DNA from: Lepidodermella squamata
Taxonomy: Eukaryota > Animalia > Gastrotricha
Assembly: GCA_047495785.1 (NCBI GenBank)
Contig: JBLDXI010000031.1
Span: forward strand, 496,001 to 560,000
Direction of reading: 5' to 3'
DNA length: 64,000 bases
The notes under the pieces: model-generated
What the model was told of the DNA's origin: nothing
Database searches by the model: none
What the model saw: only the letters and a program-made list of their open reading frames with translations
Shown: one piece after another, positions 12,765 to 25,870 of the stretch
Layout of the letters: each line of letters begins with the position of its first letter
Position numbering within the stretch: the stretch's first letter is position 1
Translations under genes and position numbers: made by a program

Positions 12765-13675
12765 CCTAGGGGCAACTGGACTGATATGCAAAATCGTTTT
12801 ACTACAACAGTTTTTATTTTACCGTCCGATGAATTGATGCGATTTGAGCCAGTTTTTGAGGTTTATTATTGGATATGTCCAGTCCGAATTATAACTACGC
12901 AACGTATTTTATCTCATTTGTACAGTAGTTGAATAAAACCAGTGGTCCGAAATACAATTCTCGGCTTTTCTTACGGAAAAAGGGTGCCGAGTGCATGAAC
13001 CCTGAGAAATCCTCGTCATTAGCCAAGGATAAAATTGCCACTTAAAATGGCAATCCCGTTGGGTTGAAAGTTGAAAGGCTGTTGAACTCCGGTTAGTTCT
13101 CTAATTTTGGCAGTCAGTGAGCCAGCAAGGCATGCGACGTATGGGCAATTTTATTTTGTCATAATCCAACTTATTGACTGCGCATTCAATCAATTTTCGT
13201 CTTCGGCCTACGAAGTTTTAAAAAGATATCTATCAAAGAACCTGCTATCAAGAAAGCAGCTGCGTACAAATCCTGTAAAATGGAGCTTCATCCTCGAACA
13301 TTCTCAGATGGTCGGATCCGATCGTCATCTCCGCATTTTATATGATGTCAACTGCGCCCTCAACCTGTTTGAGCACTGTAATAAAGAGCTGCTCCCATTT
13401 TCTGTAAGTAGTATGACCAACTTCAAGCTCAACCACACTTTCGGCGTTCGGCGTTCGGCGGGATGTGGTTGACCAGCTAGAAAGGCCTCAATCAGGCTTC
13501 CGATTCCGCCGTGACTTGTGATTTACAAACAAATGATGAGCTGGATAGTTGAGAACTTTGATTTTTGCAACGCGTTTCTCCAGCCTAAAATAAGAATCCC
13601 GCTGAGGACATGAGAATATCATGAAGTCGAAAATTAACATGCCAGGCCGATCGTCACGCGCAGCATCTTTAAGAC

Positions 13676-13815
13676 CATAGAGCGGAGTAGGACTAGCGGA
13701 ACTGTTACAAACATCGACATAAGGTCTTTGAATGGTCTTTGAATGAGCTCACCGTACGGACCGGTGAAACTGATAGGGATGATCCCCACCATCCCTAGCG
13801 GTACTTCGCTCTCTG
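13676..13815. repeat. Dispersed stem-closed element, copy A (MITE-like or structured RNA)
   Basis: Ends CATAGAGCGGAGTA / TACTTCGCTCTCTG are complementary. Internal boxes GTAGGAC, GAACTG, ATCGACAT, TGGTCTTT..TGAG and AACTGA are shared with the copies at 52250 and 54234. Confidence 0.7.
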
Positions 13816-13890
13816 AAAGGTCGAGATTTCTTGGGGTAGAGAGGGGAGTGGAAGGATGAGTGGGATTGTTTTCTCCTCAAAAAATCGGCG

Positions 13891-15100
13891 TCAATTTATC
13901 ATTAATTGAAACAAGATACAGTCTACGACTAAAATCGTAACGCCAATAACAAGGCCCGCGCCAAAGTCGATAGCTCTAATGTAGTTCATGTTCAAGGCAG
14001 GAATGATTTTCAGATACTTCGGATCGTTCGCCATGCCACATGCGACTATAGTATGGAAAGTTAACAATCCCCCAGCTCCAAACTTCAAAGCAACCACGAG
14101 AACGATGTAGACCAGTTCGGAGGTCTCGGGAATCATTGCTGAAATCATGCCAAGGGTGACAGAATTTGCAAGGACAGCCGTTATATTCAATGCAGACCTA
14201 AAAAAATTGTTAGTAAAATAGTTACGGATCAACTCAAACTCACCGATTCGCGTCACCTGGGTCCATAATCAGAACGGCTAATTGAAGGAGGAACAAAATG
14301 TAGGTTGGTAGGAACAATGTAGGCAGGTAATAGAAGTAATCACGTTGAAGGTTGACCTTATAGGAAAATCGAAAAAAGGATTGAGGGCTGATGAGCTCCC
14401 ACTCACTCTCCAATGTAATCGAAACAAGCTTCCATATATCCGACCCAGAAATGAAGTCGTTAGGAGTGGGATACGAAGTTAGGGATATGTTTACATCGCT
14501 GCTTTTATAGGTCGTTATGAAGGTCAATGCACATGAGAATTGATCGAAAGGAAATTTTCGAAAGGAAACGGCCTTGCAGCTTGATTCAAAGTTACCACTG
14601 GCTGAAAGGTATGCTCTGAACGTTTGATTCCTGCTCGAGATTTCAATCATCTCTGACTTGGTAGACATAACGTAAGGCTCGCCGCTTGCCGTATTTTCGT
14701 GGTAGACTCGCGGGAACCAAACTGGCCGCTCTTCTGGGAAATTGATTGGCAAAATGAAGGCTATGAGGTCTTTGCGACACGCCTCCTGTGATTGGATGTG
14801 TTGCAGCCTCGAGCAATTAACAGGCTGCTCGCAGTTGTAGGGCCAAGACAATATCATAGATCCGACTACGAGCATACTTTTTTCGACGTCCTTGATGTCA
14901 ACAAATCGGTAGAAATTGAACGCGGCATTAACTGTTACAGGCTTAAGCGGCAGGCAAAGCAGTTTCACATCGACTGGCAGGTTTGGCGAGAGCATGCCAG
15001 GGTAGGTTTCAGTGAGATCATCCCAGATTTGAGAAATTGTAAGTGGGGAGCGGTCACTTGCGGATACACTCACGACTGCCAGGATCACCAACAGCTTCAT
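13891..15100 (-). CDS. Divergent minimal Cys-loop (pLGIC) subunit lacking an intracellular domain (exons 15100-14244, 14197-13891)
   Basis: Signal MKLLVILAVVSVSAS, VDIKDVEK, VWFPRVY, Cys-loop CKAVSFRKFPFDQFSC, LQRDYFYYLPTLFLP (M1), four TMs, ~20-aa M3-M4 loop, one 46-nt intron. Confidence 0.88.
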
Positions 15101-15742
15101 TGTTAAATCCGCGACAGCGAAAGAAAACATGATCGCCAAGCAATTTTCTTGATTCAAACTACAGGATATTAGCGGCTTTTGCAGTAGATCTCTGTTGACA
15201 TTAGGTCTGTATAATTTTTACGAATTCCTAACCTCAGAATTGTGCTCATATGAAAAATAAAGTAAATTTGCTGATTTTGGACCAAATATTTGGACCTGAT
15301 TCTGAGGCCACTCGAATGAAAGGTTTTGGGAAACCGAACAACTTCATTTATTGTTGATTGAGAACAACCAAAAGTACGACATATTCAGCAAAAAATGGAT
15401 TTCCGGGTTCCATGCCTCCCCTGAATATGTTGACATTTCCCTATCCGCTAATGCAGTGATCCGAGTATTACAGTTTGCGTGGAGAGGAGGGCTCTTACAA
15501 ATTACATTTTACAAATTTGGCGAAAGAGTGTAAGTGTCCTCAATTATGAATTGCAAATAATGGGCTCAAAAATCTCGGTAACCTTCTGAGAGCTGGTTAT
15601 TCAGTCGGACCTCGGCTGATGCCTATTCTCCAAATACCTTTGATTGCTTTATCTCATAGTATAATTCGGAAAAAATCTCTCAGTTATTTCTATCATCCCC
15701 TATTTATTTAATGGATTTAATCAATTGTTTTTTCTTCAGAAT

Positions 15743-16230
15743 TTACGACAACATGAAAGCGAATAGTAATACATCAACTATGAAAACAGAAATTCCAATA
15801 GCAAGCCCTATTAAACAATCTAGGCCCCGGATGTAAGTCATATTCGTATCTGAGCAGCGCGGTTGAGCTCGCGGGAAAGTCGATGGGCCACACGGAACGA
15901 TCGTGTGCAAAGTCAACAAGCCGCCAACGGCAAACTTGATTGAAGCCATCACTACGATATAGACGACTTCGGACGTCTGAGTTATCATAGTTGGTGAAAG
16001 CCATGCCCAGAGTGACACAATTCGCTAGAACAGCTGTGATATTGAAAGCAGACCTAGAAAAACAATTCGACCCTTGAAAAATATCGATACGCAAATCTAA
16101 CCATAGGATCTTTCGGGTCAATGATAAATATAATACTAACTGGAGACAAAACATGGTGAACGTGGGGAGGAACAATGAAGGTATGTAGTAGACGGCACCA
16201 CGGTCCATAGTGATTATATATAATTGATTC
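15743..16230 (-). pseudogene. Frameshifted TM-region fragment paralogous to the 13891-15100 pLGIC
   Basis: YYIPSLFLPTFTMFCLQL, RSAFNITAVLANCVTLGM, TSEVVYIVVMASIKFAVGGLLTLHTIV and NMTYIRGLD match the neighbour's M1-M4 but fall in different frames. No intact extracellular domain upstream. Confidence 0.75.
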
Positions 16231-19200
16231 GCTGATACAGATTTTAGCCATTTCCTAACACTTTGATTTTTTGGTCATTTGGTCGACGCCGTTGATTCCA
16301 GCGAATAGGAAGAATGGAAATAGGAAATTGGCGGTTATCGTTGCAGGTTTTGGGTTCTTGTAGCGAAGCTTAGCATCGGTTGGCAGCTGCGTGGATGTCA
16401 GATCTGGGCTGACCTGTGTTACGCCGTCTCAGGAAGAGGAAAAGTTTCACGAATCTCGAAAACGTGAGGAATCGATATTGAGATTTGGGTGAATCATTTT
16501 ATGTGTTTTGACGGCTATGTTTATTCGCAATTTACGTATTTCGCCATGTTGCTATGTGTTTTGAGAATTGAGCTATTAAACAAGCTTGAAACATGTTTGG
16601 CAGTGCTAGCTTGATTTTTGGGATCCAAAGAATAAAGAGCCATTCTAATGGTGGAATTGAATGGATTGTCCCTATCTGATGTTTTTTCATTCTGGATTGA
16701 CCATCAAGCCCTGGCGTATAATTGCCTGGGAAATTCAAACAAACCAACTTCATATCCGATATTATGCGGAGAAATCGTGAATAAAATAGCATCGCACTCG
16801 CCCGGATTTCCTTTGTTTAGTTCGAATTTACTTTGAAACGATCTCGGAAAGTGGGCGCGAAATGCTCTTGATACTCTCAATTGCCAGCACAGCTCGCCTT
16901 TGGCAATTTAGCTTTGGCTTATACCTCATAGGATGTAAATGAAAATCTTACCAGGTCAAATAATAAGCAGCTTTTCGTCATGTTAAAATCGTTAACGACA
17001 CATAACGGATTTGTTACAAGTATAATGAGGTAATGAAGCCGATTCCGAATCATCTAATGTTTTGGACAGGTTTGCCATGTTCAAAGAAAAATATTGCTCG
17101 GTTAATACTCGGCCATGCCCTATATACTGGTCCTTCTGACGTCTTGCCCTCAGCGTTTTGAGGTTTCCATAGCATTTTTAAGCATGCAATATTTTATTCT
17201 AATTCTCCAGCTTTTTCATTTGAAACTTGCAACCTGTGCGTGCTCAAGTGTTCAAGGATTCACCGTCGCAAAAATATCGGAACTTGACCTATACTACAGC
17301 GCGATTCAAAAACGAACACGAATTGCGTGCTCTACGCCTATGTAGCTAAAATGTAGACGATTTTAAGGTGTTTTAGTGTCATCTTTCATTTTTGCACCGT
17401 CTATCTCGCCAATCGAACCGGATAGTAGATGGCGATTACAATTTACAATTATCATTCGAAATCCAGCAAGAATCAAGCTTCTCTGATGCTTTCCTTTGCC
17501 TTCAGAGTGACTCTCATTTTTATGATTGCTTCTTGGAAATTTCCTGCTGAAGCTTACGCAGAAATCTATACTTTCGTCAAGTACGATCTCGCCTTCTAAA
17601 ATCAATCTCATATGCCACGCACTAGTAAAATCGGTGCACCACGGATGAGCTCTAGTCTTTAATAATATCTTTTTATGACAGAATTTCCCCCACCTCGCAT
17701 TGATGGATAGCAATTTTGTTAAGAAATAGCCTTTTTCTGATACTTGATGGCCAATCTGAATCGCACGGTATCTGTACAATTCATTGCGGTAAAAGATTCT
17801 ACTTTATTAAGACTATCTGATTTGAGAAGGAAACTTATTATTGATAAATTATTCCTCATCAATACTGACTTGCCTTGATCCACTGCCCGCGCTGAGCTCG
17901 TTAAGCTTAGTAAATAATAACGCGAAAACATAATTATCGTCCAGCTCGAGTGAATGTGCCCACTGCGCAGTTACATCTGCTATTTCGAATGAGAGCCGCT
18001 TGATTTGCGGATATCCCGTTGCGTTCTATTTAGGGATGAATGAATAGCCAGACGGCGGTGAAAAAAGAGCGAGCCTCAGAGAAAGAGAAAGAGAGAGAGC
18101 AGGATTAAGCGTGTGCGGCTGCGGATTTTTCAAGACGCGCTGCCGTGTGCGGAAAATGTGAGCAAGCGCCATAGCCAATTTACACGGCTGTTTCTTTCAT
18201 TACGATGCGCGGATACATACATTTTTTATTATTCAATTTCGGCTCTATAGTCAGAGCGCTGCTCTGCTGAGAAATAAATCGGCGATAGATGGATGGGCAG
18301 CTCTCTTAGGCTTAGCCGGCCCAGCGCACACAGCCTATGTGTGTGTGTGAGCGCAATAATCGACGCGCGGCTCAAGCGCGTGATTACCGATGATTACAAG
18401 CTCGCACGTTGCCTCGCACAAACGGGGTCGCGCGCTGCTCTTAGCGTTATTAATTTTTTCTCAACTGCCTCTCATGTGTCCAGTGGCCAGGGGTTATTGG
18501 GTATGAAAAAAATTCGTCGAGATTCGAGACGCGTTTTGTTTTTCACGCAGACGGACTATTTCCTTGTTCCTTAATTGTCCAACAATTCCTGTCCGTTGCT
18601 TTATTCCTATTAGGCCTATATTCCACAGTTTCGTTTCACTGATTAAGAAATGACAGATGTGACTTCTCGAAATTATCAAACCAAATGCCAGAATTAGTTA
18701 TGACACTTAGAGGACGGTTCTTAGCTCTGATGTTGCACCGGTTAATGCTTTTTTTAGCCTTCGAACCATGTGTTGCGATAATAATTAGATAATAAACCGA
18801 ATGAGCTATCCGTGTTTTGATATTTTCGGAAAATTAGCTAATTTCCTTGCTTTATAATATAGCATGTCAGGAACGCATTCAAAAAACGAGACGCTTGGAA
18901 GAATATGGATTTTTCTAGTGCGCATTTTTTTAGTATTGGATTTTCTCGCTCTTAACTATTCCAGCAATCGCGATACCCTCGAGCGTAGTAAAGACACTGA
19001 TAAATAATAAATTTCATTCATAAAATTTTGACTAGTCTTGATTGAAGCTTTCTGACTTTTCTCTGTTTCAACGAGACGACTCGTTTACCGGAAGATCCTT
19101 TTGAGATGTAGACCACCTATTACCAATCCTCTATCAAGGCCCTTTTAAATTTTAAATACATTGCCATGAATGCCAGTTATATAGCCAGATATGGATATGC

Positions 19201-20698
19201 CATTTTATTTTGCCATTGGACACATACTTGATTTATTCTTCACCCTGATTCATGTTTCTCACGGTATTGGCTCGCAAATTTAATTATTGCGGCGCCTGAC
19301 CCATAGCTCTCATCTTCTGGGTCCAATGCCGCTGCTATGATAGATTTCATTTCTTATAATGAAATTATGCGTAATTTTATTACTTCTGATATTCGATCTG
19401 CGTTGTTTTACACACAAACAATCATCGAACAAAGCCCAATTTGATACTGTTTGATGTGTATCATTTCCTGGGACAATATTTGCAAGCCTAAGAAAAAGGA
19501 ATTTTTTTACATTATTCGTTCAAATATTTACTCATTGTTTTTTCCTGTATTACGTTCTATTTAATCCCGCTATTTCCCCCGTCAACGTGCGTGGATTATT
19601 TTCGAAATATATCTGAATCCACAGGTTTAAAACCTAGTGCACCGTTTTTGAACAACGCCCTCCATATTGACTCTGTAGTAATCCCCGTGGAAATTCACTA
19701 TTGCATCCTGTATTTTTATCATAAAATATTAACCCACTTTTTCAAATTTGGTGTCGAAGGGGCAGTGATTGCACCTGAAGCGAGATCGCACCTAGTTTTT
19801 GCATCTGAATAATATGTCGGAGCTCATGGAGATTAAGCTCGTTAGTTTTTTAAGCTCAGTTCATGAACTCAAGAATACAGCAATCTTATGTCCTCCCTGG
19901 AATTCCCGATAACATTTATCAGAGCTGACATTTTCCCATCCTATTTCGGCTCAAAATTAATGATGAGTCATTTTTTTTCTTTCCGACCCTCGTTAACATG
20001 ATCTCGTTCATTATCTGGCTTTTGGAAAAAACACTGCCATGGTAATTTTATTATCTAATTACCTGCTGCTCTTATAGCCAACCTCAATCCGTACGGAAAA
20101 AATAATTCCTCACATTTGCCGCAGATACGTGCATCATAATACCTGCATCCTGCATCTAACAACGCACGAAAAAAATAATGATAATTACGCAAAGGTGGAT
20201 GTACGCACAATAAAAAACACACCCGCCATATATATCGATAGTAATATTAATAATAATAGATACAAACGCGCTAATACATAGGAATAACGCTTGCCCCGCT
20301 CATTAGCTCGCCTTCGCTATTAAGAGCGACGTGTGAATCGTTTTTCATGCGTCTGCGACTTTACCTTCTATGTAGAAAAAGGGCGGCGAAAAACAATATA
20401 AGTATCAAGCGCATTCTTTATTACGACGGGTCATCTTGACAGCGGCGGCGACTTTTCTCATACACACAGGCACACTGGCAGGTATCACATCACTTTATGA
20501 GAGGATTAAAGATTAATAAAGTGCGATGACCTAGTGATAGAAGGTATTTAGCCGGCGCGTGCGCACTTTTAGCGCTCTCTCAATACCTGTATATGCGTCG
20601 CTTTCATTCACACGCGTCGTAATCTCTGCTCTTTGTTACACCTCATCGTCCTTCTCAAGTATGCCAACGACTTTCGTAATAATTTCATCTTTCATCTG

Positions 20699-21298
20699 AT
20701 GAAGGCTTTTAATGACCTGTTATTACCACTGAGCGAGAATTCAACGGCCGAACTGTTGTGGCTCGGCGTCCTACTGACGCTCGCCGCAGTCCGGGGCGCC
20801 GAGGTGGTGCTCGACGGGTGCCGCGGGCGCCTCGAAAACGGCGGCGCCAAGTGCTGCCACGGCCGCGATCTCGACTGCCGCGTGCCCATGATCCCGCTGC
20901 CGTGGGAGGTCTACTGCGACTGTTTCGCCGACTGCCTCAAGGCGAAATCGAGCATAACTAATTGCTGCCACGACTTCCTCGAGGTGTGCGGGGTCGAATT
21001 AGGCCTCGTGCCAACTCCAAGCACCACCACAGCCACTACAACTACAACCACCACCGATTTTACTTACATCGAAGATTCCGAGTCTGGGTTAACGGACCTC
21101 GACAACAGCGGCACGACCACGATCAACCTAGTTCAGGAGGCGATATTTGTGGAAGACGGCTCAACGACCACACTGCAATTCAAGAGTTCGCTCATGGCAG
21201 CATCTAAAGGCGGTTTAATATCCGCGTCGAGCAGTGCTGTATGCATTTCACTCGCCGTTCACATCAGCTTATTTTTTGTGTTGTTATCATCAACATGA
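20699..21298 (+). CDS. Somatomedin-B-like Cys-rich domain with Thr-rich stalk, probably GPI-anchored
   Basis: Hydrophobic leader ending AAVRG, then C..CCHGRDLDC...YCDCFADC...NCCHDFLEVC, poly-Thr stalk, and a C-terminal hydrophobic segment with no cytoplasmic tail. The domain has GC-rich codon usage. Confidence 0.8.
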   Translation: MKAFNDLLLPLSENSTAELLWLGVLLTLAAVRGAEVVLDGCRGRLENGGAKCCHGRDLDCRVPMIPLPWEVYCDCFADCLKAKSSITNCCHDFLEVCGVELGLVPTPSTTTATTTTTTTDFTYIEDSESGLTDLDNSGTTTINLVQEAIFVEDGSTTTLQFKSSLMAASKGGLISASSSAVCISLAVHISLFFVLLSST

Positions 21299-21937
21299 TG
21301 ACGCGAAAAATCACGGCGCACATTTACTATTCGACACTTCTTCATCCCGCGACAATCTACTGGCCTGGTCTACATGGAAAGAAATAGCGTTGGCAAGATT
21401 TAAATGCTATGATAATTTTTATTCGGCACATTTTATTTATTCTGATAATAAAGGAAGGAAATGATGCAGTTTTGTGTTTTAGAATTTTCGGAGTTGAAAT
21501 TTTTATTCTAGAAAAATTAGCCATCATCCATTTCATTAAACTGCATGCAGCTCAAATTGAAATTGGCGACAAAACAAGTTTAAAAACTGAAATTTTGGAC
21601 TGAAAAATTATAAATGTTAAAATGCTGAAATCCCCGGACTGATTTAGCCTTGTTGATTTCAGCCTAAGGCTAATTCTTCCCAAAGTCTTTGAGGCATGCG
21701 AAGATTTTTGAAAGCCGGCAGTTTTCTTTTCTCATGAAGAATTTAAGCGCATGGACCGGAGGTGAGTATAGGCGCCGAATCCAGTGACCAAAATAGAACA
21801 ATGTTTAATCAGCTTGAAAGGCGACAATAGGCTGTACTACACTAGAGTAGTACATAGTACAAGCATGACTAGCCGCTCGAAAAAAAATTGAATTCATTCT
21901 ACTTAGCAAGTACTACAACATTCACTACGAGCTAGAC

Positions 21938-23209
21938 ATGATAGGGCCACTTTTAATTGCTAGAGCTGCTTGGCTCTTTTCAATTTTCAGTAGTATTCCA
22001 TGTCTTTCAGGACTAAAAATTACAAGTGAGGACCAGCTTGTAGTTCCAATAGGAGGAGAGCAAGGCGAAGAAGAAAGTTCACCCACAGCTAAATATCTAA
22101 CAGAATTCTTTTTCAACGTTGCATGTCCTCTAGCTGGTTCAAAAGATCTGCCTTTGGAGCTGCTACTTCAGCATCGCCTGACAGACCTTCCTATCAAAAT
22201 TTCATTGGAGCTCAGGATTCTGAAAATTTGGGACGTACAGGACAATGAGCAAAGGTAACCTACGGATTAATTTATTTTGCGAATTATTACGAATTTCAAA
22301 TTATTCAGGGTCACGTTATTAACTGAATGGATTGCAACCTGGTCCTTCCCCGTCGTTAATTGCGAGGCCCTATACCCAGGCTATTACCTCGAAATAGAGG
22401 CAATCGATCGCGGTTTTCGAATCGTTATCCCAGGGAACATTAAAGAATCCTGGCATCCTCGATATTTCGATGAAACAGGTCAATCGACAATTTTCGAATC
22501 TGATGACACCATTCTTCGCTACCACCCAGACGAAGTACCCATTCGTGCTGCAGCTGTAGAGCGCCAACTGTTGACATTGGATTGCTCGACTATAAACTCA
22601 GGAAAGTACCCATACGACCATATTTCATGCCGTTCTCGATTCAAACAAAAAGAACAGGAAGAACTCTTCACAACTGAAGTTATTCTTCGTGAAATAAGCA
22701 GTTCGAACTGGACTAGATCTGGATGGTTACTCGATTCTGAACACCTGGTTGTCCAAAGCCACGGCGATGGCAGTTATAGTGTCGAATTCACGCTATTCAG
22801 AGGTTCGGGCCGCATCTCAATGATGATTCCTCTCATTTTTCTGCTGGCGACACTGCTTCCTTTCTCATCTTTGGTCGTGCAAGCTGAATATCAGGAACGA
22901 CAAATAATATGTGCGATTTTCAGCCTTTTAAGCTGCCAATTGTTTTCCTTTTTCGACCAAATGTTACCTCGGAATTCTTACTTGTATTCAATGGCTGAAA
23001 TACAGTTGGTTACGAGTTTCGTGGTCACGATCTATTCTGCTGTTTCATATTTTCTGTCTGGGGCGAGGCTTAGTAGAATGGAGTTTCAGCCTTGGCATAA
23101 CATCAGGATTACCGGTAGCAGACTTATGGACCTAGCACTTTGCGTCGTTTCACTTCTTGCTTTGAGCATCGCCAATTTTGTGTTACTTCCCAAAATAATA
23201 TCGCGATGA
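21938..23209 (+). CDS. Divergent minimal Cys-loop (pLGIC) subunit (exons 21938-22254, 22309-23209)
   Basis: Signal peptide, IWDVQDNEQR, WHPRYF, Cys-loop CSTINSGKYPYDHISC, FTLFR into M1 (MMIPLIFLL), four TMs, short M3-M4 loop, 54-nt phase-2 intron. Confidence 0.85.
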
Positions 23210-23294
23210 CAATTACTCATTTAATTTTAGCGTTTACAACATGTATCATAAATTAATTTTTTGACAAAAAAGTAAAACATTAATGAGATATGTA

Positions 23295-25679
23295 CTACAG
23301 ATTTGGAGTTATTGGCCATTTAGTCGCCACAACAGGGTAGAAAACAATAGAAAATGTAACTGTTGAGATCAGAAGCTCACAAGATGCCACAGCAACTAGC
23401 TGATCGAACCAATTAGACATGGTGCCAGTAATCAAAACCGCAGCCGCAAGCATTGTTGTAGCATTAAAAACAGCTAATTTCAGCAGATTTATATCAAGCT
23501 CATGACCAGGCGGTTTCTGGCAAGCTCTTGTTTCGTAGAGTCGAATCATTGCTGAGATAAGGAGCAAAACATTCACTCCGGCGAAGCAAGCAGCTCCAAT
23601 CGTCAGATATTCGCCGTAGCAGCGGGTTGAAACGTGCACTACGTACATGTCCAAAACTGGGTCAAAACTAACTGGAGATTTGATAACGATCTGACGAACC
23701 GGATCGACGTAACCCTGCCAAATTGCTGTAACGATAGCTGATAAAGCTAGAAATCCAATGGGAACGCAGACAGTTTTCCAAAGGATGCCTTTTTCTGACT
23801 GGGCTGGCATAACGACTTTTGACGTCTCGCGTTTCACGGGTTTTAATCTCCGAGGCGTCGGAGGGGTTAAACTGGTGAAAGTTGACTTGTTCACAGTCAT
23901 AACAGGTAGTTGTAAAGTTACTTTCCCCCGACTCTCTAAATCCGTAGCAGCGACTATTGAACGAATGAAAAGAGTGCCAATGATCAGAGAAAATCCCAAC
24001 ACTGGCATAGCAACGACCCATGGACATGAGCTTGTAGGGAGCATCTGGAAAAGGACTGCTGAATCAACAAAAAGACATCCCAATCCCAGAAATATGGAGC
24101 TTATAACGACGGTATAAAACATACAAGTCCTATTTTGATTCCTGAGCATCTTCCACGTCATCAAACTAATAAATATGAGTTTTGCTATCATAAGTGCTGT
24201 GGAAAATAACGGTAGGATGACGATAGATGAAGTTCGGATACCGTCATCGATTTCGATAACTTCGGATAGGTCTTTTGGTGGTTTGCCAGACTTCGTCAAC
24301 CATTTTGGTAGTTTCGGAGGCTGGTAGAATGGTTCGATGCCAACATTTGACAAATTAGAGGACGACCCATCAGGATCAACCATAAACACGTTGTACGAAT
24401 GCAGAACCTCACCATCAATCCATTGGGAAATCGACACATTTTCGATATCGACCTCTAGCCGAGGGGAGAACTTGACCCGGCTGATTCGAACTGTCGGAAT
24501 GTCTAATTCAAATGTTGACCGATTCACGATTTCGCGAACAATTTCCGGGGATATTGCGAAATCACTCAGCGTCATGTTATAGGCATTTCTCAAGTAGTAT
24601 TCGGATCGATTCAGAGCCGCAATTGTCACCTCCATAGCGTCATGGCAAACCAAACGAGCGGGGTAGTCGCTGATTAAGTAGGCAGGTTTTCCGGCTACAG
24701 CACTTAGACGAGTTTCGAAATCGGACACGTTATATCCAATACTTCCGACCCCTTTATACAAACCACCCCCTAGGAGTTTTGCCATGCCAATCCAGAAGAC
24801 GTTACGAAGCTGCAACGCTACGATTTCGGTTGGGTTACACTCTTTCGGATACGGAAATACCTTAGGATCAGGATAGAAATAACAGGCAGTCATTACGATG
24901 AAAACGTAATTGGGGTCACGCAATCCCGCTCTAAAGGTTTGACAAAAAAGCCGTAAACAAAGGGTACTTTGGCCACTTGCCATAGCAACGAAAAAAATTC
25001 TCGTATTCGATGCCTTGATCGAATCGATAAAATCGGTCGTTGTAAAATCAAGATCAGCTATATTAGCACCGATTTCAATGCCATTCTGCTGCGCCATTGA
25101 CGCGAATATTTTCGCAAAGCTGTAGTCTTCAAATCGTGTTGTAGTGATGAAACCAACTTTTCGCCATTTGCCGACATCCGTGACGAATTTGAGAACGCTA
25201 GCTAATCGATTTTCGGCAGGTATTTGAGGCCGAATGATTGAGAGAGACCGTTCCCTCGGCGCTAACATTTTGATAGTATCGCAAGCGTAAGTTACTTGCA
25301 CCATGTTGAAAAATTTGACGATTGGCGCTGAATAGAGGCAATTCGCCTGCTGTCCGACGATAACAGGAGCCAACGGGGCGCTTTCGTTTGGATTCAATCT
25401 TTCCATTTCAGCAATTTGAGCGATCTTGGACGGCGGACCGACTGAATTCAGCAGTTCATCTTCGTCCTGAATAATTAATTTGTATCCTGGGATGGTGTCA
25501 GATCGGCGATTCGCTTCATTAACAGCCACTTGATACGAGGCTAGGCATGCAGCCCCTCCTACATTTGGCGTGCTTTTACTGACGAAGGCTAAAATCCTCA
25601 ACGTTTTGGTTTTAGGGATATTGTTTACGTCGGCTGCTGAAAGGCCGAGAATTAGAAAGAAATAGAACGATCCGTGCAT
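23295..25679 (-). CDS. Class C GPCR, GABA-B-like (Venus flytrap + 7TM), copy A1, intronless
   Basis: Signal peptide, AVNEANRRSDTIPGYKL, WRKVG, GL.DPNYVFI, PPKD linker directly into TM1 with no Cys-rich domain, seven hydrophobic segments, TRC in ECL2, LYETR after TM5. Confidence 0.92.
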   Translation of the reverse strand: MHGSFYFFLILGLSAADVNNIPKTKTLRILAFVSKSTPNVGGAACLASYQVAVNEANRRSDTIPGYKLIIQDEDELLNSVGPPSKIAQIAEMERLNPNESAPLAPVIVGQQANCLYSAPIVKFFNMVQVTYACDTIKMLAPRERSLSIIRPQIPAENRLASVLKFVTDVGKWRKVGFITTTRFEDYSFAKIFASMAQQNGIEIGANIADLDFTTTDFIDSIKASNTRIFFVAMASGQSTLCLRLFCQTFRAGLRDPNYVFIVMTACYFYPDPKVFPYPKECNPTEIVALQLRNVFWIGMAKLLGGGLYKGVGSIGYNVSDFETRLSAVAGKPAYLISDYPARLVCHDAMEVTIAALNRSEYYLRNAYNMTLSDFAISPEIVREIVNRSTFELDIPTVRISRVKFSPRLEVDIENVSISQWIDGEVLHSYNVFMVDPDGSSSNLSNVGIEPFYQPPKLPKWLTKSGKPPKDLSEVIEIDDGIRTSSIVILPLFSTALMIAKLIFISLMTWKMLRNQNRTCMFYTVVISSIFLGLGCLFVDSAVLFQMLPTSSCPWVVAMPVLGFSLIIGTLFIRSIVAATDLESRGKVTLQLPVMTVNKSTFTSLTPPTPRRLKPVKRETSKVVMPAQSEKGILWKTVCVPIGFLALSAIVTAIWQGYVDPVRQIVIKSPVSFDPVLDMYVVHVSTRCYGEYLTIGAACFAGVNVLLLISAMIRLYETRACQKPPGHELDINLLKLAVFNATTMLAAAVLITGTMSNWFDQLVAVASCELLISTVTFSIVFYPVVATKWPITPNL

Positions 25680-25870
25680 ACAAAATTGGTGAGCTCCCTT
25701 GGTTCACTAAATCCTGCAGTTGCTTTATCAAATGCGTCAACGCGATCTCTATTACGACTTTATATCACTCCACGTCATCACTTACTTACTCAATCGCTTC
25801 GAATTTCACAGCTTAAGTCATCTGCAGACTAGCATAATGTACAAAGGTGATATTTCGTTCTCAGATGCTG

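Noticed and set aside
13107-13472. 121-aa ORF
   Set aside because: No ATG start or recognisable motif, and I could not link it to other exons.
13738-13773. Hammerhead ribozyme (TGAATGAG-stem-GAAAC)
   Set aside because: The core is not CUGANGA, and the other copies lack GAAA and stem II.
16250-17931. Several 60-140-aa ORFs as the missing extracellular domain of the 15743 pseudogene or as another gene
   Set aside because: No Cys-loop or other family motif recognised; may be decayed coding DNA but cannot be supported.
17940-20630. Long CpG/TAAT-rich intergenic region as an ncRNA or gene
   Set aside because: Looks like regulatory DNA, but no specific element can be supported from sequence alone.
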